Source: a virus
Reading direction: 5' to 3' (one strand)
DNA length: 64,000 nt
Virus record (IMG/VR): IMGVR_UViG_3300025874_000006
Coordinates: 74,352 to 138,351 of that record
Within the stretch, counting starts at the first letter, position 1; each line of letters begins with the position of its first letter. Below the pieces are notes generated by a model. The model ran no database searches, was not told the DNA's origin, and saw only the letters and a program-made list of their open reading frames with translations. The position numbers and the translations under genes are program-made. Positions 49,034 through 58,825 of this stretch are shown here, piece after piece.

Positions 49034-51508
49034 TTATAACCTGCCTAACTTGACTCTTAGTTTGTTGTTCTCTAGAATTTGTATGTTGTCTTCTTCGAAC
49101 CGTATGGAAGAACCACCAGTGAATGCGTCTTTAATACCCTGTAGACTCAATACACCAGTAGAAGTAATTTCGGTAAACGCAACATCAGCGCCACTATAGT
49201 TACTAGCACCCTGATATTGGAAAACGCGTCCTGTACCTAAGTTCCAATAGACATCGTTATTAAGAACTTCATTGCTTCCACGGAACTGTCGAACCAAATC
49301 CGACTTAGAACTTGTACCAGAATCTGAGTTTATAGACGAGTCGGTATCAAATACGATTGCATTACCAGCGGAACCTGCTGCGCCAGTTGGGCCTTGTGGG
49401 CCTTGAGCGCCCTGAGAACCTTGTGGCCCTTGTGCACCAACATTACCTTGAGCACCAGTGTTACCCTGTGGGCCTTGTGCACCAGTGTCACCTTTAGCAC
49501 CAGTGTTACCCTGTGGGCCTTGAGCACCAGTATCTCCTTTAGGGCCAACGTTACCCTGCGGGCCTTGTGCACCAGTGTCACCTTTAGCACCAACGTCTCC
49601 TTTAGCACCAACGTTACCCTGTGGGCCTTGAGCACCAGTGTCGCCTTTAGGGCCTGCATCACCTTGAGGCCCGGCAATACCTTGAGCACCTTGTAGACCT
49701 TGTGCACCTTGGTCTCCGACATCTCCTTTAGCACCAACAGAACCTTGCGGGCCCTGTGCACCTTGTGGCCCGGTGTCTCCGGTTAAACCTCTTGGGCCAA
49801 CCAAACCTTGTGGGCCTGCAACGCCTTGTGGGCCTATGTCACCCTGTGCACCGATATCACCTTGGTCACCTTTCGGGCCAGTATCACCTTGCGGGCCCTG
49901 TGCACCCTGAAGTCCTATTTCCCCTTGAAGTCCTATTGCCCCCTGTGCACCAACAGCACCTTGTTGACCCTGAGCGCCTTGGAGACCTATATCCCCCTGA
50001 AGACCTACATCTCCTTGAGGGCCTTGGATACCTTGTTCACCTTGAACACCAATAGGGCCTTGAGCACCCTGCTCTCCTTGTAGTCCAGTTGGGCCAATAG
50101 CACCTTGAAGTCCTTGTGGGCCTTGAGCACCTTGATCACCAATCGGGCCTTGAGCACCAACTGTTAGAAACGCATCTAAGAAACTACTTGACGTAATATT
50201 TGAAGCAACAGCAGCAATCGCATATATCTGCCAGTTGATGTTAGTAACACCGCCTGGCACTGCGGTCGGGTTTGGATTCCACAAGTAAGTACCACCATTA
50301 GTTTGGTAGATACCACCAGTCAAAGATGACCCTGTAGGTTTTAGGTTATTCGGGTCATAGTCCCTAGGAGCATTAGTATAGTATGGGAAGTTAGTCTCAC
50401 CCGTAGCACCAGCAGCACCTTGTTGTCCAGAACTACCTTGTAGTCCAGTTGGGCCAGGCAAACCTTGTGCACCTTGAGGGCCTTGAGCACCAGTGTCACC
50501 TTGAAGACCTTGGGCACCTTGCAAACCTACCGCACCGTCTTCTCCTTTAGGGCCTTGTTCTCCTTGAAGACCTCTTAGTCCCTGTGCACCTTGTTGTCCT
50601 CTAGGGCCTTCTTCTCCTTGAAGACCAGTTGGGCCTTGAGCACCCTGTTCACCAATATCACCTTTAGGGCCTACCGAACCAGTCGGCCCAGTAGGGCCTT
50701 GGATACCTTGTTCACCTTGAATACCAATATCACCCTGAAGTCCAGTTTCACCTTGACTACCTTGAACACCTATATCACCTTGAGGGCCCGGAAGTCCTTG
50801 TTCACCAGTTTCACCCTGATTACCTTGAAGACCCTGTAGTCCAATTGGGCCTGCGGGGCCAGTTTCACCTTGTTCTCCTTGGTTACCTTGAATACCCTGT
50901 AATCCGATTGGGCCAGTTAGTCCTTGCGGGCCTGTCTCACCTTGGTTACCTTGGACACCTTGTTCTCCTTTCTCACCAACATCGCCTTGCGGGCCAGTCT
51001 CTCCCTGATTACCCTGAAGACCCTGTTCTCCTTGAGGGCCTGGGTCACCTTGAGGGCCTTGAAGACCTATGTCTCCAGCAGCACCTTGAGGGCCCTGTGG
51101 GCCATCTGGGCCTTGGATGCCCTGTTCTCCCTGAAGACCTACATCTCCTTGTGGGCCAGGCAAACCTTGTGCACCTTGTGCACCCATGATAGCAATTCGT
51201 GTCGGTACTTCCCATTGTGCCGGTACTGAGTCTCCGGTAGAAGGATTTCCGTTTACGTATCGTCTACATTGCCAGAGGACTGGAAAGGATTGACTTAGGT
51301 CACCTTGAGAGGTGCTCCAAGATATTCCGTCTGTTCCTCCGTCTGGAGAAGGTAAACCATAAGTCCAACTATCACTAGGAAGTTGAGACGATAGGAAATC
51401 CCCAGCATCATCGATACTGGAGATTGTTTTAGTATAAATGTACTCAAAGCCAGACGCATCATATAGATCTGTAAATGTTATAGATTGTGAGGCTCTTATG
51501 GTTGCCAT
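49034..51508 (-). CDS. Collagen-like fibre protein with two uninterrupted Gly-X-Y rods
   Basis: 88 triplets (50393-51184) and 89 triplets (49358-50158) around a 78-aa domain; C-terminal RVKLGRL. Confidence 0.9.
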   Translation of the reverse strand: MATIRASQSITFTDLYDASGFEYIYTKTISSIDDAGDFLSSQLPSDSWTYGLPSPDGGTDGISWSTSQGDLSQSFPVLWQCRRYVNGNPSTGDSVPAQWEVPTRIAIMGAQGAQGLPGPQGDVGLQGEQGIQGPDGPQGPQGAAGDIGLQGPQGDPGPQGEQGLQGNQGETGPQGDVGEKGEQGVQGNQGETGPQGLTGPIGLQGIQGNQGEQGETGPAGPIGLQGLQGNQGETGEQGLPGPQGDIGVQGSQGETGLQGDIGIQGEQGIQGPTGPTGSVGPKGDIGEQGAQGPTGLQGEEGPRGQQGAQGLRGLQGEQGPKGEDGAVGLQGAQGLQGDTGAQGPQGAQGLPGPTGLQGSSGQQGAAGATGETNFPYYTNAPRDYDPNNLKPTGSSLTGGIYQTNGGTYLWNPNPTAVPGGVTNINWQIYAIAAVASNITSSSFLDAFLTVGAQGPIGDQGAQGPQGLQGAIGPTGLQGEQGAQGPIGVQGEQGIQGPQGDVGLQGDIGLQGAQGQQGAVGAQGAIGLQGEIGLQGAQGPQGDTGPKGDQGDIGAQGDIGPQGVAGPQGLVGPRGLTGDTGPQGAQGPQGSVGAKGDVGDQGAQGLQGAQGIAGPQGDAGPKGDTGAQGPQGNVGAKGDVGAKGDTGAQGPQGNVGPKGDTGAQGPQGNTGAKGDTGAQGPQGNTGAQGNVGAQGPQGSQGAQGPQGPTGAAGSAGNAIVFDTDSSINSDSGTSSKSDLVRQFRGSNEVLNNDVYWNLGTGRVFQYQGASNYSGADVAFTEITSTGVLSLQGIKDAFTGGSSIRFEEDNIQILENNKLRVKLGRL

Positions 51509-51533
51509 TTTACTTCCTACTAATTAGATTAGT

Positions 51534-52751
51534 TTATGGTGTAGTTACTGTAACGTTACAACGAATACTGATTGGTGCGCCAGTATCTGGGATATCAGAC
51601 GGGCCAACGATTACTTGGTTAGAGTTAACTTCGGTTGCACTTGTGCTACCATTAGCAGCACGTCTTGCTGGACTACCACCAGAACCTAGTGGGGTACCGG
51701 AAGCGTCTGTCTGTACTTCTAAACTTGTGTTAGCAACGTAAACCTGATCGCCCGAAATCCATTCCCAATCGTATGATACTGCAATACCACCAACACCATC
51801 GCTGATTTCTGAACCGTCATTTGCGTCATAGACTTTTGCGGTCAGTGTGACTGGGTCACCTTCGTTATTACGGAATACAACTGGGTTGTTAGCTACTAGT
51901 TCAACATATACTGCTGCACGTCCGGCACGAACCTTACTGAATGTAACTGCATCTTTACCCTGTTCACCACTTACACGAATTGCAAGAGTTGCGTTTGAGT
52001 CACCGATGTTTTCTGGTTTAATCTCTAGACGAGCACCAGAAGTTGCAGCAGTTGGTAGAGAACCAGTTGAGAATGCACCAGAGGCATCATTATCAAAACC
52101 AGCAATACCACCAGCGTTATCTGAAGTAGCAGTCTGTTCAATGAACGGAGAACCATCCAAAGAAGTTTCGTAAGTCAATGCGCCCGGAGAACCAGCAATA
52201 TCAAATAGGACAGTACTGTTGTTCTGACTACCTAGAATCTTACCATCTGCATCCGCAGAGAAGATTTGACTAGATGGGATTAGGTTGATGATTGTACCAC
52301 CAGCACCATCTTGAATACGGTTAACAGAAAGTTCTAGTGTGAAAGTTCCGACTGTACCACCATTGTTATATGTAACAGGTACAAGAACAATAGCTGAAGC
52401 AGGTACGCCGATTGCGTCAGCGTATACAACACCAGCACCTTTAAGTACACCACCACCAACATCTGTACCGGCAGATTGTGATACTAGGAATTCCCAACCA
52501 CTTACTGCTGAGATAGAACCTAGTGTGAACTGTCCCTGTTGTGGGGTAGAACCAGTTGCGAATGCCTGTTCAGTACCACCTACGAATACTTTAACAGAAC
52601 ATGAAAAGTCGCGTCTTGTAGAGTCAGATACCACGCCTGCATCATTTGCAGCGAATGTGTGGTTTTCATTAGTTAGGAACGCGGTTACCGAACTTTGACC
52701 ATCGGCCAAATCGGTTAGGGTTATGGCGGCGGTTGCCGTTCTAAGTGCCAT
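51534..52751 (-). CDS. Beta-rich virion/fibre adaptor protein
   Basis: TAFLTNENHTFAA, VFRNNEGDPVTLTAKVYD domain; no catalytic motifs seen. Confidence 0.6.
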   Translation of the reverse strand: MALRTATAAITLTDLADGQSSVTAFLTNENHTFAANDAGVVSDSTRRDFSCSVKVFVGGTEQAFATGSTPQQGQFTLGSISAVSGWEFLVSQSAGTDVGGGVLKGAGVVYADAIGVPASAIVLVPVTYNNGGTVGTFTLELSVNRIQDGAGGTIINLIPSSQIFSADADGKILGSQNNSTVLFDIAGSPGALTYETSLDGSPFIEQTATSDNAGGIAGFDNDASGAFSTGSLPTAATSGARLEIKPENIGDSNATLAIRVSGEQGKDAVTFSKVRAGRAAVYVELVANNPVVFRNNEGDPVTLTAKVYDANDGSEISDGVGGIAVSYDWEWISGDQVYVANTSLEVQTDASGTPLGSGGSPARRAANGSTSATEVNSNQVIVGPSDIPDTGAPISIRCNVTVTTP

Positions 52752-52753
52752 TG

Positions 52754-53632
52754 TTAATCCTCTTGTTTATCGTTAATTGTTAATTGCAAAGGTAAGGTAC
52801 CCGAATTAGGAACCGCCTGCGCTTCTATGTTTAAAGTTTTTAACTCCCCGTTAGGGAAGTTGTCTACGTCTCCAGAGTTAGTGGCGGGAACGCCAAACCC
52901 TATAGGACATGTACCATCAGCCCCCACAGTTACAATGTTTCCATTGATATGTGAGACGTACCGCGTTGTTTCATGGACACAGACAGGTACACCGCCACTA
53001 GTCCACTCATAATTAAATTTATTATAGTCAGCCGAAGAAATCTCGGTTCCATCAGATGTTATAAATGCTTTTACTTCTGTCTCCCCTATATCATTACGGA
53101 AGATGTTTCCATTAGGAGCTATGATGTCAACCATTAGGTTAGGCAACCCACGGTCATAAATTAATACTGGGTTAGACCAGTTATCAGCAGGAACCTCTTG
53201 AGTGTCCTCTGTACCAATAACAGTAGTCTGTATCATGAACACATAACGACCAGTTGTAGGTAGGTCATCGCTCCAACCATTGAAGTTAGATGTGGAACCC
53301 ACTGTAGTAACTAGGTCACCAGTCTCGAATGTATATGTTGTGGAAACGTTTATATCTTCTTCGGGGGTGAGTGTCTCTACTTCGGAACTCTTGTATATGA
53401 GAAGATTCGCTGTACCTGATCCACCATCTGGGTCTATACCATCCAGTTGTACAGTTATCTCATCCTCTACAATCTGTTTGAGGTCTTCGGCAGATATACC
53501 ACCACCTCCACCTAGAGAAACTAAAGTGTACAGTTCAGCAAAGTTGTCGTTAATCTTTTGGCTCGCATTGCGAAGAGTGTCACCTTGACCATCGTTCGCA
53601 GCACCACCTGTATTGAGTATTTGTCTAGACAT
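52754..53632 (-). CDS. Baseplate fibre-connector-like protein (gp9/gp10-type N-terminus)
   Basis: MSRQILNTGGAANDGQGDTLRNASQKINDNFAELY N-terminal motif. Confidence 0.75.
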   Translation of the reverse strand: MSRQILNTGGAANDGQGDTLRNASQKINDNFAELYTLVSLGGGGGISAEDLKQIVEDEITVQLDGIDPDGGSGTANLLIYKSSEVETLTPEEDINVSTTYTFETGDLVTTVGSTSNFNGWSDDLPTTGRYVFMIQTTVIGTEDTQEVPADNWSNPVLIYDRGLPNLMVDIIAPNGNIFRNDIGETEVKAFITSDGTEISSADYNKFNYEWTSGGVPVCVHETTRYVSHINGNIVTVGADGTCPIGFGVPATNSGDVDNFPNGELKTLNIEAQAVPNSGTLPLQLTINDKQED

Positions 53633-53655
53633 CTGAGTTCCCTATTTCGTCTGAC

Positions 53656-53663
53656 TATTTATA
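53656..53663 (-). promoter_or_regulatory. Late promoter
   Basis: Exact TATAAATA. Confidence 0.85.
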
Positions 53664-53666
53664 AAA

Positions 53667-54596
53667 TTAGAGATAGTCATCACCATCTAATGTTTCGTAT
53701 CCTGAAGACATGTCTAGGTTACCATCATCGAGTGACGCAGCTTTAACACTGACCCAATCCGCAACAGTACCATAGTCGTTCATAAGGTCTTCTAGGGAGA
53801 CATTGGTGAACCTGTTTAGAGTCTCTAGTGAACTAATAATGATTCCAGTATCCACTCCATCTTCTTCCATAGTCAATAGATTGTATCTGGAAGTCATTGC
53901 GGTTGGTAGAGCAGTACCCTGAATCGCAATTGGATAGTTAGGTATTTCTAGTGGGTCAGTCGTAACACCAGCACGTAAATTGATATCCGCAGTACTGAGG
54001 AGTTCAACTTCGGCAGCCAGATAGAATCCAGCAGGGTGTACCAACTTCTTATAGAGTGCTTCATAGTCATTAAAGGACAGACCTGTTTTCAAAAGAACCG
54101 AGAATATTTGGTATCTCTTGTTGTCTTGAATATACTTCAATGATTCAGGCCCAATGAGAGAACCACCTGGCTTATCATTCAATATGAAGATGTTACGCTT
54201 CGGGTATGACACCTCGACAGTTTCATTGTAGAATGCTTTGAAGAACTGTTCAGCAGATAACTGTGTACCCTTGTTACGGTAGAACTGAGAAAGAAGTCTT
54301 GCCATCAATCGTGGGTTCTGATAGAATGAGGACGACTCTAAACCGTCACTGATCTCTCCTATCAAAAGGTCTAGATGTCTGATATCAGTAGAAGAAATGT
54401 TTCTTATATTAAACAAATCCTGAATTTGTTCATTAAATGAAACAGATCCGTCTTCTCCAGTATACTTGTAGTACGCCTCGATGAATCTAATAAGATCAGG
54501 ATATTGTTCCTGATAGAATTCAGGAAGTATCTGAGTTACATGACTCTGATGAAACTTAGTATTCGTTCTGTACTGATTAGCAAGAAATTGTGACAT
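53667..54596 (-). CDS. Baseplate wedge protein (short gp7-like)
   Basis: LPEFYQEQYPDLIRFIEAYY, FYRNKGT..FFKAFY, YKKLVHPAGF; follows gp6. Confidence 0.75.
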   Translation of the reverse strand: MSQFLANQYRTNTKFHQSHVTQILPEFYQEQYPDLIRFIEAYYKYTGEDGSVSFNEQIQDLFNIRNISSTDIRHLDLLIGEISDGLESSSFYQNPRLMARLLSQFYRNKGTQLSAEQFFKAFYNETVEVSYPKRNIFILNDKPGGSLIGPESLKYIQDNKRYQIFSVLLKTGLSFNDYEALYKKLVHPAGFYLAAEVELLSTADINLRAGVTTDPLEIPNYPIAIQGTALPTAMTSRYNLLTMEEDGVDTGIIISSLETLNRFTNVSLEDLMNDYGTVADWVSVKAASLDDGNLDMSSGYETLDGDDYL

Positions 54597-56443
54597 TACA
54601 ATAGAACCTTAGTTACTCCGGAATCAATACTACCCTTGGTGGTTGATGCTTCTGCATCCAGACTAAAGATGTAGTTTCTCAACGGGCTGATTGTACTCTG
54701 GTTTGCAGGGGTTGCACTCACTTTAATACCCTCGCCTACGTACCCAGCCTTGTCCACACGCAGTGAGCTTAGGAATACCTTACCTTTGGCAGGGTCATAA
54801 AAACCTACGTTAGTTATCTTCACGACACCATTGAGGTCTACTAGTTGTAGTCTGGTTGAACCCAATTCATTCTTAACCAATACGTTCTGACCATTTGACT
54901 TAAATACAGTAGTTGTTACTATGTGTTCGTCTTTGTCCGGTGCAGATAGAATAACAGGGAAGTTGAGTGTGTAGTCCTGTTCAATGTATGTGTCGAAGGG
55001 AATACCTGCAGCTGCTTGAGCTGCTTCGAGATCCGCGACCAACTGAGTGATATCAATTAGTTGTTGTACCTTGACATCTATTCTAGAGTTCAGAATAGCA
55101 GTAGAGAGACCGTCTATATCAGACAATAGGTTCGAACGTCTGAACACGGAATTGAATTGGTTCAAATTAACTGACATGTAACTCTGAATCAGTTCGTCTA
55201 CCTGAGTCTGTAAAGCTTCTGGAGTTGTAGTATTCTTAACAGGGTCGATGTTGAAGAACGTCTGTAGTTCTAGGTACGTATACTCCGGTTCAACGAACTC
55301 TGTATCAATAGACATGATAGAAAGATTAGAAGTCAATTGACTCTCAATCATATCTTCGACCATTGTCTTAGAAGACTCGTCTACTCCTTCAGGGAAATTC
55401 AAACTGACAAATACCTTACCATACTGCGGAGGTACGTTATCGTTACCACCCCATGTGGTTACGTCATCGACATATGCACCGTAGCTGCTTAGAATCAATC
55501 CTGTGTAATCATCTGCGGTGACCAATCGGTTCTGCGCAGAGTATGCAAGAGGAGCATTCAACTTGATGCTCTGTATAGATTCGATGTCTGAACCACCAGC
55601 TGAATTAGCGACTGTGGTCACATCTACAACATAATCGGTATCTGCGAACTCGTTCAACACGAAGACTTTTGCACCGTTTGCCGCAGGGCCATTGGATGCA
55701 ATGTACTCTACCTTAATAATGTTACCTGTCTCTGGTCGAATACCGAGTACGTTACCGTCTCCAAATATAATCTCGTAGTCGCCATTGTGGGACTCACGTA
55801 CCATGTACACGCGTGAATCATCGGTGATGGTAGAAACCTGTTTGATATCTAGATAGACATTAGACTGGTCGGTGGTACCGTTAGGGAACACGTTGACCAA
55901 CATAGTAGAAGTGTCGATTGTGCTATCTGGTATCACATAAGGTACATCGATATTACTATCGGCAAGGAACGTTTTAATTTTACTCTTACCTTCTACTAGA
56001 GTAACTCCAGTGAAGGTGAAGGTATCTCCATCGTTGACCGCACTGTAGTTCTCTGTAGTAAAGAACTCGTAGTTGGTCTCATCGATAGATGTGAAGAAAC
56101 TTGTACCCCTAGCTAGCGTAAAAGTAGTCGGGGCAGGGGACGGTATTGTAATAGATACATCAACCACCCCACGAGCAGCAGTGACTGACTTAGGGAAGTA
56201 CCCTAGACTCTCTGCATGGGATACAACCGATGAACGTAACTGAGATGTACTCAGAAACGACTCGTTGATAGACATGTTAGCGATAAGACCATTGATATGG
56301 GTATTGTATGCTAGTACATCTAGAATGTTAGACAGACCACTCGCATCAAAGTCATAGTCCTCAAACTCCCCACTATTTCGGAAGTGTGTCTTTAGTTTGG
56401 ACTTGATATCATAAAAATCTAAGTCAGAGGTATTAATAGTCAT
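54596..56443 (-). CDS. gp6: Baseplate wedge subunit
   Basis: DLDFYDIKSKL, DYDFDASGLSNILDVLAYNTH, ESFLSTSQLRSSVVSHA, FGDGNVLG, QNRLVTADDY, PPQYGKVFVS. Confidence 0.96.
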   Translation of the reverse strand: MTINTSDLDFYDIKSKLKTHFRNSGEFEDYDFDASGLSNILDVLAYNTHINGLIANMSINESFLSTSQLRSSVVSHAESLGYFPKSVTAARGVVDVSITIPSPAPTTFTLARGTSFFTSIDETNYEFFTTENYSAVNDGDTFTFTGVTLVEGKSKIKTFLADSNIDVPYVIPDSTIDTSTMLVNVFPNGTTDQSNVYLDIKQVSTITDDSRVYMVRESHNGDYEIIFGDGNVLGIRPETGNIIKVEYIASNGPAANGAKVFVLNEFADTDYVVDVTTVANSAGGSDIESIQSIKLNAPLAYSAQNRLVTADDYTGLILSSYGAYVDDVTTWGGNDNVPPQYGKVFVSLNFPEGVDESSKTMVEDMIESQLTSNLSIMSIDTEFVEPEYTYLELQTFFNIDPVKNTTTPEALQTQVDELIQSYMSVNLNQFNSVFRRSNLLSDIDGLSTAILNSRIDVKVQQLIDITQLVADLEAAQAAAGIPFDTYIEQDYTLNFPVILSAPDKDEHIVTTTVFKSNGQNVLVKNELGSTRLQLVDLNGVVKITNVGFYDPAKGKVFLSSLRVDKAGYVGEGIKVSATPANQSTISPLRNYIFSLDAEASTTKGSIDSGVTKVLL

Positions 56444-56887
56444 TTATCTTGCCCTTGCAATAGTTAGACCTAGGGTAACAACCTTGGTGGTATTGACCAC
56501 ACCAAAGACTATCGTTAGGTCTGCCGAATTATAATCTGGTCTAATGTTAACCTTCACTTCTCTTAATTCCGCTCTAGGCTCATAGTTATCTATGGTAGAA
56601 CGTACCCGTAATTCTATGTCTTCCTCGTCCAAGTCAGTAGATAGGGAGAAAAGTATACCTTCCAAGCCCGCACCATAATACGGACGAAATGGCATAGACC
56701 CCTTCTCTGTCATTAGGAGGTTCTTTACAGATTGACGGACTGCGTTAGCGTCAGTCTTCTTGTAGATGTCACCTGTAGTAGGATTCGGTGTAAAAGAACA
56801 GTCGATATCTTTATTGATACGATCGATCGTGGTTGTGATCGGTTTGTTCTGTAAGTTACCGTCTTCTATTGAGAATGCTTTTGCCAT
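56444..56887 (-). CDS. gp25: Baseplate wedge subunit / sheath initiator
   Basis: DANAVRQSVKNLLMTEKGSMPFRPYYG, IDNYEPRA. Confidence 0.93.
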   Translation of the reverse strand: MAKAFSIEDGNLQNKPITTTIDRINKDIDCSFTPNPTTGDIYKKTDANAVRQSVKNLLMTEKGSMPFRPYYGAGLEGILFSLSTDLDEEDIELRVRSTIDNYEPRAELREVKVNIRPDYNSADLTIVFGVVNTTKVVTLGLTIARAR

Positions 56888-56909
56888 AATGGTTAAACTC
56901 TTTTTGTAC

Positions 56910-56917
56910 TATTTATA
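56910..56917 (-). promoter_or_regulatory. Late promoter overlapping the upstream stop codon
   Basis: Exact TATAAATA. Confidence 0.75.
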
Positions 56918-58217
56918 CAGAAACCGCAACGTCTATCTGAGGTAATTCAGGTAAAGTCAAATCTATTGACATCGGAACCCCAATCAACTTCAAAAAGTCA
57001 CAGAATGTGATCGTTAGTAGGTCTAATATGGCACCTAGTCCTATAGCATCTAGGAATGATTTGATCTTATTGATCCACATAAGAATCAACTCCTTCTGCC
57101 ATTGCGCAAACCAGTCACGTGCCGCACGTACCATTTCGTTTATCTGGTCTTCCGGACATTCTACATTGGTATCGATCTCACCCCCAATGATATCCAGAAG
57201 AGACATACCGAACAAGGATACGTCTTTGAGTTGATCGACAATGAACCCATTGATAGTAAAGTTTACGATATCATCTTCCAACTTAGCAATCTTTTCTTCA
57301 GCATCTTTTTTAGCATCTTCCGCTAATGTCTCAACATCTACCTTGAGCTGCTCTAACTGTGCTTCAAGAGATGCTAGTTCTCCTAGTGCTTGTTCTTTGA
57401 ATGCGTCTATCTGTGCACGTATAAAGGTTTCTACATCGAACTCTAATAAAGCAGGTAGACTAGGTAGACCCAAGGTATCCCAGATCTCTTTGAATGCATC
57501 AATCAATGCACCGAATGCTGCTTGTAATAGATTGGTACACCACTTAACCAACTCGTTTTTAAAATATGCCCAAGTAAGTTTACCCTTCCACTCGTCACAT
57601 TCGATACCGAACTCACCTTTGTAGTACTGATATCCTTCGGGTACCAGAGCATAGTACTTGTCCACCTCATTGGTGATTTGTTTCTTGAGTCGTTCCTGTT
57701 CTTCCTTCTCTAGTACCCTGAGTAGGTCAACCTCTATACCCATCACGGTTACTGTGAACTCTATCGGTATCACTGTGGATATCAGTTCAAGTATCTTGGT
57801 TGGGATGTACATGTGGAACTCATCAATCAGTTCCGACCATGCATCGTTAGCTTCTTTCTGCCAGTTACGTATCTGACCGTTCTGCCACCACGGTGATAGA
57901 AGGTTTTCTTGCAATGCCATGAAGTCTTCGACCTGTTTGATGATATCTTCGATGACAGCGAATTGTTCGAGGTACTTGTCGAGCTCTTTCTGTATCTCCG
58001 CATCGATGTCTATATCAGGACGGGTTTTCAACTCTTCTTCTAATTGCTTTCTTTTATCCTCTTTAATCTTTTCTAAATTGATGGTCGACATTGACGCCTT
58101 CAACTTACTAGGTATCATTGCGATATCATTATAGAACTGTACGTACTCAGCTTTGGTAGGGAGCAACGAACCGGAACAAGGTAGTTCCAGACTAATTTCT
58201 GGGAGTTGGTATGTCAT
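56913..58217 (-). CDS. Conserved hypothetical helical protein in the baseplate cluster
   Basis: 434 aa, translationally coupled to gp5; WDTLGLPSLP motif; no function recognised. Confidence 0.7.
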   Translation of the reverse strand: MTYQLPEISLELPCSGSLLPTKAEYVQFYNDIAMIPSKLKASMSTINLEKIKEDKRKQLEEELKTRPDIDIDAEIQKELDKYLEQFAVIEDIIKQVEDFMALQENLLSPWWQNGQIRNWQKEANDAWSELIDEFHMYIPTKILELISTVIPIEFTVTVMGIEVDLLRVLEKEEQERLKKQITNEVDKYYALVPEGYQYYKGEFGIECDEWKGKLTWAYFKNELVKWCTNLLQAAFGALIDAFKEIWDTLGLPSLPALLEFDVETFIRAQIDAFKEQALGELASLEAQLEQLKVDVETLAEDAKKDAEEKIAKLEDDIVNFTINGFIVDQLKDVSLFGMSLLDIIGGEIDTNVECPEDQINEMVRAARDWFAQWQKELILMWINKIKSFLDAIGLGAILDLLTITFCDFLKLIGVPMSIDLTLPELPQIDVAVSV

Positions 58218-58825
58218 TATGAGTTCAGTTTTACCACACCACCGTTCACGCTCACTACTGGTGCAGTGACATTGACTTCAGCAGTACCGTGGATGGTAAC
58301 CTTCGTGTCACCCCATATCTCTATGCCGTCATCGGTCATCTCGTAGTACGTACCCTTCTTGTGGTATTCTTTGATACGTCCGGTACCTGAATCATCATAC
58401 TCTTTGAAGTGTCCGGTCTCTGTCTGATACACTTTGTTGTGTGGGTAGTTGGCCTCCGCCTTAGGGTTCGCATCACTTTTTAAAATAGGTTTTTTATTAG
58501 AGTCCACTTCTCCGGTGTCTATCACTTTAGGTACAGTACCAATCACCATAGGTAACTGAGAACTCTTGCCATCCAAGAACATACCGAACACCTGTGTACC
58601 CACTAGGATACCTAGGTACTGTCCCTTACCTTCATGGACACCCGTAGTGACAGGTACAACGATCTGGGCCCAAGGTAGGTCAGCCTCATCGATATCATCA
58701 TATACACCGAAAACCCTAACCTTGACTCTACCCAACTTCTCTGGATCGTCCTTTACATTGACAACCTCACCAAGGAACCAACGTGATTGGTCACCATAGA
58801 ATTCAGTAAAACTGCTCGGCATCAT
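58217..58825 (-). CDS. gp5: Short baseplate central spike (gp5 OB-fold plus brief beta-helix, no lysozyme)
   Basis: WFLGEVVNVKDDPEKLGRVKVRVFG, LPWAQ, VFGMFLDG..QLPMVIGT, YPHNKVYQTETGHFKEYDD. Confidence 0.88.
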   Translation of the reverse strand: MMPSSFTEFYGDQSRWFLGEVVNVKDDPEKLGRVKVRVFGVYDDIDEADLPWAQIVVPVTTGVHEGKGQYLGILVGTQVFGMFLDGKSSQLPMVIGTVPKVIDTGEVDSNKKPILKSDANPKAEANYPHNKVYQTETGHFKEYDDSGTGRIKEYHKKGTYYEMTDDGIEIWGDTKVTIHGTAEVNVTAPVVSVNGGVVKLNS

